DNA of 48,978 nt, the filler included, from Jimgerdemannia flammicorona (taxonomy: Eukaryota), in the NCBI GenBank assembly GCA_003990765.1. It is 2 parts of 2 records of this genome, joined end to end, with 100 filler letters (N's around TTAATTAATTAA, not from the genome) between each part and the next. Parts side by side here need not be neighbours in the genome. Positions count along the whole stretch, not along the records: positions 24,554 to 48,978 come from RBNJ01000975.1; 1 more part is not named here. One strand, written 5' to 3'. The notes beneath the pieces are model-generated. The model ran no database searches and had not been told where the DNA came from. It saw only the letters and a list, made by a program, of their open reading frames with translations. Of this stretch, positions 36,428 to 48,391 are shown piece after piece (the stretch's first letter is position 1; the number at the start of each line of letters is the position of its first letter). The position numbers and the translations under genes are program-made.

Positions 36428-37454
36428 TAGAATTATGAACGTAGTTCAAACTTCGGCAAAGTGACCAGAGTAAAGCTGGTCCGGTTTGGTCCAGGCACAT
36501 GACATGACATGTGTTTGTGCGTATAATTATACACGCCATCATCAATATCATCACCCTGCAGAATTCGGAAAGGATAGGAAGGGAAATTCAGAGCTCCGCA
36601 ACCCGACCCGACCCGTGTACACAATGGAGCCGACCCAGATATTTACAATAGCTGACCCTGCAGCACTTTGAACCCGAAAAATGGCCGACCCGGCTTTGTA
36701 CCCAGTGACTCAACCCGTTGCTATGATTCTATTTCGAAATTTAGATCAACTTTGAAATTTTGTTACTTGACGAAAACATGTCCAATTTTGATGTACTTTA
36801 GCTTGTTGGATTCGCCTCATTTAGCAAAATCCAGCGCAACAAAGATCACAAAATTTGGACATGTTTCTGTCGAGTAACAGAATTTCAAAGTTTGATTTAA
36901 ATTTCGAGAATGACATATATACATATCGCATAAAGCTTTCTGCCAAGAACACCAATTTAATTTCCTGATGGACGTGTTTGATCATGTGCCTGGACCAAAC
37001 CGAACCGGTTGGGACCAAAGATTTCGGGTTGGACCAAACCCAAACCGGCCCAATCGGAGCTTTAGACCGGAGCCGTTTAACATTCATGCGGAACAATTGC
37101 CGCTTAACTTCATGCGGAACAATCATGCACTCCCTGCGCCAGTTTCCATCGGTTCCCCTGCGCTAGAAGCAACTCAGTTAGCGTCGATTTCAGATAGATG
37201 CCAGTTTCAGTGGTTTCAGCACTGATCTCTAGCAATTTCGCATTTCAATCTGTTTGCGCATCCCTCCCGCCCATCCCTTACGGTTATGTATATACAATAA
37301 ACGGCTCCTCCGCTTTAACGCGAATGGTGGGCCTTGGAAGCGTATGTTCCCATATAGCCAAACCCATCTGCTTCATTCACGTTTACATTATTTCACGTAC
37401 ATTTATTTACATTTTACGGTTCACGTCTTTGTATTCTATGCAAAGGACACTTTG
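36428..37454. mobile_element. Insertion with conserved asymmetric ends (TAGAATTATGAACGTAGTTC...AAAGGACACTTTG) carrying a nested foldback unit (36734-36907)
   Basis: The same two ends bound 38059-38595. The flanks AAATCTGG and GTAG..TACAACCT.AATCAGCACC are contiguous at the empty paralogous site near 43820. Confidence 0.7.
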
Positions 37455-37828
37455 AAGTAGTTTATACAACCTCAATCAGCACCAATATGTTCTCCGTTTT
37501 GATGCATACTGGGCCAGTAAATCGGAGAGGGTTTTTTGCCCGACAAAAGCCAGCGAAAGTAATGTATCCTTAAAGCGGTATTATTCTGTGCTGGGATCCT
37601 CTTGTAAATTGTAAGCTTGTCATGTTGAATGCTTGTCATGTTGAATGCAAGTATGGGAGGGAAATATGTGCTGAAGTTATGTTTGGGAGAACAAATATGC
37701 ATTCTTGAAAATCTATCTTTCTCCAACCTTCATTGGCATGCCGGTGCTGCTCTAATATAAAATATTGTAGATATAAATAAGATCATTCGTGGGTGTTTCA
37801 CTAATTTTATCTTCGAGTTTCCTGTAGG

Positions 37829-39035
37829 ATTACCCGATCAATCCCTTCTCCCGACCCGCCGACGCACGTATATAAATCACGTAAATTGTCAAGGTTTGTC
37901 AACTCTTCACAACTTTCACCCCACTACCTCGCATGAAGTCTCCTATCGTTTGACATGGATTCCATCGCCTCTCACAACCGGAAACATTCAAATCCCTTAG
38001 CAGTCAAAGAGTTGAAGCGAGGAATAGAATTCGAGGCACGTATTTCGCTTACATTTGTTAGAGTTATGAACGTAGTTCAAACTTCGGCAAAATGGCCGGA
38101 GCCGCATACGAAACCGCTCATGCAATCAGTAGTACCAGTTAGTTTTGAGCTTAGTCTCCGTTCAGATATCGCATGCAACATTTAGCTTAGTCTCAGTTCC
38201 TCTGCCCTTCGAACGCCAGCTCTAAGCGGCAAACAGTTAGCATGTTTCAGTAAACATTTATATGCCCCTTTAGCGACTGAGTATATACGCGTCGCATTCA
38301 ATCAAGCGCGTAGACTACGCCAGCAACTTAGTTAGTTTTTCTGCCATCAGTTTTACACGACCCCTCCCATCCTTTCCTGTTAGTTAGGTACAATAAAAGG
38401 ATGGCCCCTTCGCTTTACGCGAATGGCGGGCCTGGGAAGCGCATGCTTCCATATTCACCAAACCCATCGACTCAGCTTACATCAGCACCCGATTAGGCAT
38501 AACCTACATTCATTAGGTCACCATACGTACATTCTACTCAGTTCACCCTACGTACAGACCTTGCGTACATTTCATTTGTGCGAAAGGACACTTTGTTATA
38601 ATCACGTTTACGAATAGTTGACCTTGACTTTAACAAGCAAAATCTCTTATATACACAGCTTGCCTCAACATCTGCCTGACGACAAATGGCCAAAATTCCC
38701 CGACCGGTCTCCTTTTCGGTCTTTCTCAACATCCCACAACCCACAACTATCTAATGGTCTTTGCTTTCGCGTACGGCACTATCGAAACTCCTCCTGCGCA
38801 CCAAACGGCCGACCGATTGCAGATCGTGCATAAGTCTACGCTCCTCGCGCAACGTCTCTTCGAGCTCCATTACTTTGGCTACAGTAACAACGACTTCCAC
38901 CCCGGCAATGTTATGTACGTTCACCATGAAATAATCATCCTGGTTAACGTTTCTGGTTAACGTCGGGATCTCCTGATACTTCGACGATACCAATCGCTTT
39001 ACGGGATTTCTATGGCTGGCTCGAGTACCGAGATC
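37829..39035 (+). pseudogene. Degenerate TKL-like protein kinase, copy 2, with an insertion in its intron
   Basis: PLAVKELK, LFGLSQHPTTHNYLMV, YSNNDFHPGNVMY and FYGWLEY. The intron is expanded by the 38059-38595 insertion. Confidence 0.75.
38059..38595. mobile_element. Shorter, diverged copy of the asymmetric-end insertion
   Basis: Shares its ends and the internal motif CTTCGCTTTA(A)CGCGAATGGCGGG with 36428-37454 and 31250-31543. It is absent from the paralogous intron at ~32240. Confidence 0.7.
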
Positions 39036-39759
39036 TTCATCCATGGGACGCAATTGCGTCTGACAGCAATCGCTCTGGCAGTTCGTCATGGGGTGCCACC
39101 ACAGGTAGTGTTTCCGTTACCGTCGCGAGGAACCCAAATCAATTGCGTGAGAACATGATCCCCGACGCGCCAGCGGAGTTTGAAGGTTTGAGGCGGTGCT
39201 GAGAGCGTGCTGGAATGAACATCCTGCGCAGCGACCGTATGTTATCATCAGTTGGCGTGTTGGCGTCGTTCCTTTAAGAGCGCAGCCATCCCGTTTTCGG
39301 TGTGGACTTCGTTTATTGAGGAACTGGCGTTTGGCTAGGCGCTGATCAGTCATTGGACGATAGGGTTGGGACGCCTATTAGTCGGTTTTATTCTTACTCT
39401 AGCAACTGAAAAAAAAAAAAAAAAAAAAAAAAAATGGCGAATCCGCTCTTGTAAGAGTATAAAAAGCAACGAGATAAAAGACATTGAAGTTCGATGTCTT
39501 AGCATCAAAGAATATCTTCTTCGTTTGGACGCCCTGGACTTCATAGAAAGTCCATGCAGCATATCTGGCATATATCTGTTCTGATGGCGTTCTAATACTA
39601 TTCTCATGTTATTTGAGCGTTCTATCGAACAAATTAGCATTGCTTTATAGTTTTTTATTATTATACAATACTAAGGTAATTACTAGAAATAAAAAATAAA
39701 TCAATGAAGTAAGACTATAACTAAAGCTAATTTGCTAATGAATGGGTTGGACAGATGAT

Positions 39760-40315
39760 GGCGGATGGATGACGGACGACAGATGGCGACAGACGACGGA
39801 CGATGAGCAATGAGTGGTGGGCGGTGGGCGATGAACGTTGAACGACAGACGATGGACGACTGAGTGCAGAACGATGATTAAGCACAGGACGGCGATGAAA
39901 GACGACCAAACGCGGAACGGCGATGAAAGACGACCAAACGCGGAACGGCGAGGAAAGACGATCAAGCGCAGAACGGCGATGAAAGACGACCAAGCGATGG
40001 CGACGACGACGGACGATGGACAACGGATGACAGATGACTAAGTGCAGAACGACGACTAAGTGCATAAGCATAAAATAGCGATGAATGACGACTAAGCGTA
40101 AAACAATGATGACTAAGCATAAAACAATGACGACTAAGCGCAAACAATGACGATTAAGCGCAGAAATGGCAATGAACGACGACTTAGTACAGAACGGCGA
40201 TGAATGACGACTAAGCGCAGAACGGCGATGACGATGACGACGGACGATGGACCGGTGACGACGATTAAGCGCAGAAAGCCGATGAACGACGACTAAGTGC
40301 AGAATGGCGATGATA
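39760..40315. repeat. Degenerate minisatellite (GACGACTAAGCGCAGAACGGCGATGAA), expanded version
   Basis: Many ~20-28-bp units; the overlapping ORFs are low-complexity artefacts. Confidence 0.9.
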
Positions 40316-41309
40316 ATGCTCTGTATGGGTCAACCTAGAAGACCAACCACTGCGAGATACTCACGAAGCGATTTCGGCGGTTGGCATTGGTGGGGTGGGA
40401 AACTTGGCAATACGAATCTCGCCAGTGTGAATAAAAGTGACGGGAATTGGCAGTACAAATCTTGTTGAAGAGAGGTTTCCTCTATGAGAAGGGATGGGTC
40501 TTGATGGTCAGTTTATGAGCGAGCTATAATAGACCTATAAAATCGACTCACGGGTAGCTGCGGCTGCCCGTGCTCTGCACTGCGGAGTCAGGAGACCTCG
40601 GCGTCGACAATCTCGGTGTGGGGGTTTCGTAGAGGGCGTAGGCATGTGGGCGTGTGGGCGTGGGAAGGAAAGAGGAGTGGGCGTGGGAAAGAAAGGAGGG
40701 GTGTGGGCAAGAATGACCACGACTATAAAATTAACATTGAATTCCTTACCTCACATGAAGGACAACTTACAGACCACGCAAACAGAGCTACACATACAGT
40801 ACGCAGGTTTCTCTACGTGGCCCTTCAACGTAGCCGTTGCACAACCCTAAAAAAGGGCTCGTTTAAAACGTGCGCCTGAATTTGGTCTTTTCGATGCTTC
40901 GTCTTAACGATGAACCAACGCCCAATTTGCCAGTCAATATACATACGCCCATTATAAACCTGTGACTATCAAAGCTAATTGCGATAATCGTGTCATCTGA
41001 CTTAACGTGCATCAAGTCAATACTACTCCCACTTACACAAATATTTTTTCAAAAATAGTTTCATTGCATTGTAGGAAAACTATTTAGTTATAAATCTATG
41101 AAACTCTTTTTATATATATTTTAATATTTTATTGAAGAATAAACCTTTTAAAAACTCATTTTTGGCTTGGGTTGCCAGCTAAGAAAGCAGTCTATTAGTT
41201 GGCAAAAGTGATGTCACCCAATTTGGTGACTTCTAGAGTGATGTCACTATTATGTTGGCGCACTATATATTTCTATTTTATCTTAATCCAACGCATTCCT
41301 ATCCTTAAC

Positions 41310-41831
41310 ATGGGCAATATATGTTCCTCAAGACTTCCGCACCGCGCACCTCCTGAAGTTAAGGTATCCTGCCCTATTCCTATGATGGAGGCGTACGGAG
41401 TGTTCATAGTGCGCTTCATCCAGATGACCCACGACCAGGTCCTGGTGAAGAACCGAAAACGCTGGGGCAGCTTCGTGGTGCTTGATTTACGGTTCCCGAA
41501 CTCAGAGCCAGAGAGGCTGGTTGCAGCTACAGCAAAAGGTCCCGCGGATAGTAGGAACCGAAAAGAAATGTTGACGAAGCTCAAATCCATGGAGCGAAGT
41601 GCCTGCGACCGGCTGAACTGGGCGACCTTCTGGAACTTCGTTGAGGAGCGCTTTGACCAGACAGAGGAACAATTCAAAAGATTCAAGCTGGAGCTCATGA
41701 CAAGGGTGAATAGGGGCCGGCTCAGTATCGACCACATTATTACAAAGACGAATCCCTCGGTGTACTGGTCTTCGAAGGACCCCGATATGCGCTTGATTCG
41801 CTTTCAACTCCAATTCCACGATTTCGAATAA
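41310..41831 (+). CDS. MGN family copy 4 (intact, 173 aa, MGNICSS)
   Basis: ATG 41310 has the same context (CCTTAACATGGGC) as copies 1 and 3; full-length ORF. Confidence 0.8.
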   Translation: MGNICSSRLPHRAPPEVKVSCPIPMMEAYGVFIVRFIQMTHDQVLVKNRKRWGSFVVLDLRFPNSEPERLVAATAKGPADSRNRKEMLTKLKSMERSACDRLNWATFWNFVEERFDQTEEQFKRFKLELMTRVNRGRLSIDHIITKTNPSVYWSSKDPDMRLIRFQLQFHDFE

Positions 41832-42565
41832 ACAATTTTTGTGCGGAACACATCTATTTTCAAAAAATTTAGGGAATGTGTACAAATAGCATTATGGACA
41901 ATTCACACTTCTCTAATATGCTTATGCTTATGTTCTGTTCAACCACGTCGCTCTAGTATCTTCCATCTAGGTATTCGGTGTTTTTATATATAGTGAATTC
42001 TGGTGTTTTCTATAGGTAGTGAAAGCAGAGTGCTCAGTATAGGATTGAGCCAAAAACATTATGCCGTGAATCTCTATATCTCTATGAACTTGCTCCGGAA
42101 ATGTCATATGTCATAAACATGTAAAATTAGAATTTTCGTATCCACTTTATGAAATTTCAATATGCTTATGATCAATATTAAAATATGGATTTTTACGTAT
42201 TTTGATATTAAAATAGCAAAACCAAGAACAGTTTGAGCTAAGTTTATGGTAAGCACTGGTCATATCTATTGGTATGTTGTATCATGAACTTTTCTGCTAC
42301 ATATGTACATTCTGATACATTTTCCTCTCAACAAAAAAAAAATTAACCGTTTTTCCGTTGCGAATGCATCGGTACAGACTCAAGGAACCTCATACCAGCC
42401 ATTTTAACCATATAGTAGGTAAGCACGCCGGAAGAAAATGATTTTACCCGCTGAACTTCAGCCCAATTTACCAGTCGGCATAATCCGAATCATATATAAA
42501 CCCTCATTCTGATCTGACACACCTTAAGTCATTTTATCTTAGTTCAACGCATTCCTGTCCTTAAC

Positions 42566-43050
42566 ACGACAATATATATCCTCGTCGTAGAATTTCAAAA
42601 CGTTCGCCCCGCGCACCTCCTGAAGATAAGGTATCCTACCTTCGTCCCATTCGTAGTGCGCTTCATTCAGATGATCCACGACCAGGTCTTGGTGAAGAAA
42701 CGAAAATGCTGGGCATCGTGGTGCTTGATTTGCGGTTCCTGAACTCAGAGCCGGAGAGGTTGATGGCAATCACAGCAAAAGATCCTGCGGACAGTAGGAA
42801 CCGAAAAGAGATGTTGATGAAACTCAAATCCGTGGAGCGCAGCGTTTGCGACCGCCTGAACTGAGGGGATTTCGTCGAAGAGCGCTTTGACCAGGCGGAC
42901 GAAGAGTTCAAAAGATTCATGACGAGGGTGAATAGGGGCCGGCTCAGTATCGACCACATTATGACAAAGGCGAATCCCTCGGTGTACTTGCCTTCGAAGG
43001 ACCCCGACATGCGCTTGATTCGCTTTCAGCTCCATTTTCAACCAATTTAG
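42566..43050 (+). pseudogene. MGN family copy 5 (start ATG>ACG, deletions, stops)
   Basis: CCTTAACACG context. Homologous throughout, ending KDPDMRLIRFQLHFQPI*. Confidence 0.85.
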
Positions 43051-43376
43051 GGAATGAGTTACCTATGAGTACAAACAGCAGCATTATGAACAATACACAC
43101 TACTCCAATATAGTTATTCTTATATTCATACCGTTCGACCATGTCGCACTTGTATCTCCACTCGCGTGGCCCCTATATGTAGTGAATACAATCTGTCGAG
43201 CAGGGTCGCTTCCATGAACTAGAAGGTTCTCAGTATAGGAGCGAGTCAAAACCTTATGCCCTGACTCTATGAGGCTCGCTCTGGAAACATTATATGTAAA
43301 TTAGAATTTCCCCATACCCACTTTATGGAATTTATGGTTAATATTAAAATATGAATTTTCATGTAAGTTAATATCC

Positions 43377-43426
<50 letters not shown>

Positions 43427-43974
43427 AAATAGAAGAACCAAGAACAGTTTAGGCTGAGTTTATAATACACATAGGTCCTATTTTGTATCATAAACCTCCT
43501 GCTACATATGTATATTCTGATAAATTTTCCTTTCAATAAAAAAAAAAAAAAAATTTCGAGCAGATGCCAATTTTCATTAACCGCATTTCTGTTAGGAATG
43601 TAACGGTACGACCCAGCCATTTTGACAATGTTATGTAATCACAATGTATATTCATAGGCTAGTGACATACCAAGTCGGTATTTCGTTATTGTATGTGGAG
43701 AACTATAAAAATAAAGTCAACTTAGTATAGTATATATATATATTGTTTAGGTGTCGGTTCTGCTGCAGACCTCAAACAGAAATAAGGATTCGACACAACT
43801 CCAGAAGCATTTGAAATCTGGCAGGTAGGCTTTACAACCTTAATCAGCACCGACGTGTAGGAACGCTCTCCATGATGGCGCTGCTCTACTGAATCATATA
43901 AATGTACCGAGTCTCGATCGACAACACGTCATCTGACATGATCACATGATCTACCATATCGTCCATGTTTCTTG

Positions 43975-44240
43975 TCCCGGTTCACGTTCGCTCACTCGTC
44001 CAGCCCACATGCAATTCATATTTGCTCTTCCCATTCATGTTTGCTCTCCACGTTCGTTTGTTCAGTTCACGTTAGTTCGTCTAGCCCACGTGTGCTCGTC
44101 CAGTTCACGCTCGTTCGTTCAGTTTACGTTCGTTCGTCCAGCCTATGTCTCGTTGATTACATTACAGTCCTACGAGATGTCTCGTCGAGACGGGACAGAA
44201 CGATACGAGACAAGCCTAGTCTCGTTCCGCCTCGTTCAGA
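43975..44240. repeat. GTTCACGTTCGTTC and GTCTCG short-repeat region
   Basis: Degenerate GTTC-based units followed by GAGAC/GTCTC clusters, possibly subterminal repeats of a DNA transposon. Confidence 0.5.
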
Positions 44241-44939
44241 ACACTACTCTGAAGCTATACACTACACTGTTGTTTTTAGTTTTGCGGGACCATAAAGTCA
44301 GTTTTTTGTATTGAATATCTGTCAATAAAGGCTGCTTGGAAAAGAAAGCGCGAAATGTACGCCACACCAGAGCAATTGATTGTTTCTACTGGATAGTTGC
44401 CGTACTTGGGAGCAAGTTTGTATTATGTTTTGAGAATTGAAATGCCAATCTAAAATATATAACAACTGGAAGAATTATGACGGGCACTTGGCAACCCTCT
44501 GCATTTCATAAACTCTCTGTCAATTTCCTCATTCACTTCATATGTACTTTATAAATATTTAAATACCATAGATAAGGAGGTGTGTGAGCATTTTTTTCTT
44601 TTTTCTTTTCCTTTTTTCTTTTTTTCATCTCCAATCTTCGCCATTCAGTATCGTCATATTTCGGTATCGAGCAGGAGAGGAGTGCACAAAATATCTGCCA
44701 ACCCCATTCATAAGTCGGGCATAGGACAACATGCGATCGGATTATCGCAGCACTACCTTACTGGTGTTATACCTAGAGGAGGGCGCTCCTACATCCCATA
44801 CATTTACACTTCATTGAAGGACTCAGTTAAACATGACTAATGGGTTTTGTTTTCCCTTTTTCAGAAATCTGCAGCCATCGCGAAGCATCAAGTAATAGCT
44901 GATGTACTCTTTGCTTACTGCATATTAAGCAGTCGGCTG

Positions 44940-47460
44940 AACACGGCAAACACGGCAAGGCCGACAGGCGCGGCAAATGTGACAGGCGGACAGTGGCTTT
45001 AGCGTAGATGGACATCGTCAAGGAGAGCGAGAATGTGGGTATTCCTGATGGTAAGCTCGCGATTCTGTTCGCCTTCCATTCGATTATATCTTGTGAACTT
45101 AGCAAAATCTGCGCCAGAATGTGGATATACCGGATGTAAGCTCACGATTCTGTCTTCCTCCATTCGATTATATCTTGTGAACACGGCGAAATCTACACCT
45201 CGGGAATGAAATCGCATAATCGGTTGATAATTACGGTTGCCGAGTCACTGGGGTTGTCGAACAGGTTGAGCCCCACGAGTAGGGAAAGGATATATGGCGA
45301 CGTTTTTGCTGTAAAACGTCTTAGAGCAACCGGGTGACCTGAAAAGCGACCTATTGTTTTGGACACCTCGTTCCTTGCGGACGCACGCGGATTGCAATAG
45401 TTCAAGTCTTCAAAATATGAGTGAGCTTTACTATCAACGAACATCCACTATTTATACAGCCCTTTTCCCGTTGTTCTAATTAATACTGTGATTACGTAGG
45501 GACGCCGCATAAGTCTTCGAGAGTATGCGTAGAACTGTTTAGGCTTGCGTAGAGCCAGCGTTGACGTCATCGTACCGGTGGACGTGACTCACGCTATAAT
45601 TACAAGGTTTCACAGCCCAGAATGCTTACCAATCCAGCCTACTCACAACATGGGTAACAAATTCTCTCGCCATCGTCGGTCCCGCGCACCTCCTGAAGAT
45701 GAGGTGTCCCGCCTTAGCCCTATGATGGAGGTGTACAGTGCGTTCATAGTGCGCTTCATTCAGATGATCCACGATCGCATCCTGGTGAAGGACCGAAAAC
45801 GCTGGGGCAGCCTCGTGGTGCTTGACTTGCGGTTCCCGAACTCAGAACCGGGGAAGTTGGTGGCGGTCACGGCAAAGAGCCTTGCTGATAGCAAGAATCG
45901 CGAAAAGATGTTGAAGAAGCGGAGCGTAGAGCCTGCGACCGCGTGAACTGGGTAACCTTCTGGGACTTCGTCGAGGAGCGCTTTGGCCAGACCGGGGAGG
46001 AGTTCGAAAAATTCAAAGTGGATCTCGTAACAAGGGTAAATATAAGGGGCCGGCTCAGTGTGGATCACATCATTACCAAAAGGAATTCCTCGGTGGACTG
46101 GTCTTCGAAAGACCCCGGCATGCGCTTGATTCGCTTTCAGCTCCATTTTCACGAATTCGAATAGGCTTTGGATATTTGTTATTATGTGTACCATTGTTCC
46201 TAGTATTATGAGACTATCTGACTTTCTGTTGAAAAAAAAAAAAAAAAAAAAAAGCATGGGTGTAACGATCTCTCCACTGGAATAACAAGCTTGTATCTAG
46301 TTATCGATGATAAACGTTGGACGCGATTCTATTCTGCAGGTCATGGACTTTGTCAATCGCTGAGTTTAAATATATATATACCATAATAATAATGGCCAAC
46401 ATAACCTGTTAAATAGCAGTCCAAAGCAGGACACTTTTTCACTGATCGAGCTTCATGCATAAGAGTACACCTACAATATATGGCTTCATAGGAAATCCAC
46501 TGTACATAATTCTCTAAATTGTAAATATAGTAGGTGCATGTCGGCGTTTACAATATTAGTTAGCTAACTTGCATAAGATAATTTGAGCAGTTGGTGTTAA
46601 GAATAAACCCGACTAATAGGTTGAGACACCATTCTTCGAATGACTGGGTACCGTACTCGTCCCCGCCAAAAAAGGAATAGCTGCGCTCTTGAAGGAACCA
46701 CGCCAACATGCCAACTGATGATAAACCTGCCACATGTACGGCCGCTGCGCAGGATCTTCACGCCAGCACTCAGCACCGCCTCAAACTCTGCTGGCGCCTT
46801 GGGGATCATGCTCTCCTGGGTTCTTCACGACGGCGACGGACGCGGTGGCACCCCGTGACGAGCTGCCAGAGCGAGGTTGCAAGGCTGTAGACGCCAAACG
46901 CAGGAGTTGTGTCCTGTGAACGAAGAGCTTGGGAGGGGCTTTAGCGTAGATGGAAATCGGCAAGGAGAGCGAGAATATGGGTATGGATGTAAGCTCACGA
47001 TTCTGTTCGCCTTCCATTCGATTATGTCTTGTGAACGGCGAAATCTGCACTTATGAAATCACATGAGCGGGATCTGGAGGTTGAGGTAGTGGAAAATTAC
47101 GGCTGCCGAGTGACTAGGGTTGTCGAACGGAGTGTGCCCCACGAGTAGGGAAGCTTTGTTGTGCGAGGCGAATGAGGTGGATGATTGCTAATAAAGAGAT
47201 CTATGGCGACGCTTTTCTAGTAAATCTCTTAAGTAAAGCATCTTAAGCAACCGTGTGAGTCTGAATAGCGAACTATTATTTGGATACGTCGATCCTTGCG
47301 AATGCACGCGGATTCTGATAGTTCAAGTATTCAAATCTGACCGAGCTTTATTATCAACGAACTCGACTATTTATACAGCCCTTTTCCCATCGTTCTAACT
47401 AATACTATGATTACGTAGGGGCGCCGCATAAGCCCATGCGTAAGAACACGCGTAAGCTTC
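44940..47460 (-). repeat. Inverted, rearranged copies of segments of the upstream repeat unit
   Basis: 44940-45200 and 46935-47050 are reverse complements of 26260-26470 and 33190-33480. 46600-46875 is the reverse complement of 25725-26045. 45230-45515 ~ 47095-47435 is a direct duplication. Confidence 0.8.
45650..46164 (+). pseudogene. MGN family copy 6 (MGNKFSRHRR; frameshift near 45920)
   Basis: A ~10-nt deletion relative to copy 8 splits it into ORFs ending at 45946 and 46164. Confidence 0.85.
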
Positions 47461-47731
47461 GATTAGGAGGGTGTCAGGCCACGACCATGGCCAACTCTAT
47501 AAAGTGATGTAATCCGACCTCATATATGTCTTATGTTTTTGCCCCTATTTCCAAAGTGTCTTAAAGGAGGAGGCTGAATTCATAGAACACCGTGCATAAG
47601 CCAACAATCCCTTCGTTCGTTTTATTTGCTCGAAGCCATCGACTACGCTCTCATGTCACCTGAAAATTCTTAAATAAACTATGTCTGAAATAAAATCCCA
47701 ACGCCTTCCTCTAACCCAGCCTACTCACAAC

Positions 47732-48085
47732 ATGGTAACATATTCTCTCGTCGGCATCGGTCCCGCGCACCTCCTGAAGATGAGATTTCCCGTCTTAGCC
47801 CTATGATGGAGGCGTACGGTGTGTTCATAGTGCGCTTCATCCAGATGATCCACGACGGCATCCTGGTGAAGAACCGAAGACGCTGGAGAAGCTTCGTGGT
47901 GCTGGGCTTGCGGTTCCCGAACTCAGAACCGGAGAGACTGGTGGCGGTCACGTCAAAGGGTCCCGCGGACAGTAAGAATAGAAAGGAGCTGTTGAACTCA
48001 AATCTGCGGAGCGTAGCGCCTGCGAACGCTTGGACTGGGTAACCTTCTGGGATCTCGCGACAAGGGTAACACATCATTACAAAAG
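47732..48085 (+). pseudogene. MGN family copy 7 (1-nt deletion after ATG, further deletions, 3' truncated)
   Basis: CACAACATGGTAAC versus CACAACATGGGTAAC in copies 6 and 8. The core MMEAYGVFIVRFIQMIHD..NSEPERLVA is retained. Confidence 0.85.
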
Positions 48086-48391
48086 CGAATGTCAATTTCA
48101 AAACACGAAGCCGAAAATTACCCACGACCGCCAGTTGACGTGACCCACGCTATAAGGCAACTTCATGGTTGTCTTATCTTCATTGGCTCTTATTTCTAAA
48201 GGGTTGTTATAACGATTAAGGGAGGAGGCGGAACTTGAAGGACATCGTACATAAAAGGCCACAATCCTTTTATTTCCTCGAAGCCGTCGACTACCTTTGA
48301 AAAGACCCATGTCAAGGTTTCACAGCCAACATAAGTCTGAAACAAAACTACAAAACTCCAACGCCTCCCTCTAACCCAGCCTACTCACAAC

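Larger units (their letters stand above)
25700..43850 (+). repeat. Mosaic tandem segmental duplications (period ~6-7 kb)
   Basis: Near-identical blocks: 25720-27350 ~ 32725-34380; 32245-33150 ~ 38595-39520; 27300-29100 ~ 39530-41830; 28560-29590 ~ 35410-36380; 30290-32235 ~ 36490-38035. Confidence 0.9.

Noticed and set aside
34400..40315. Repeat arrays as CRISPR
   Set aside because: The units are degenerate and lack unique spacers, the context is eukaryotic and there are no cas genes.
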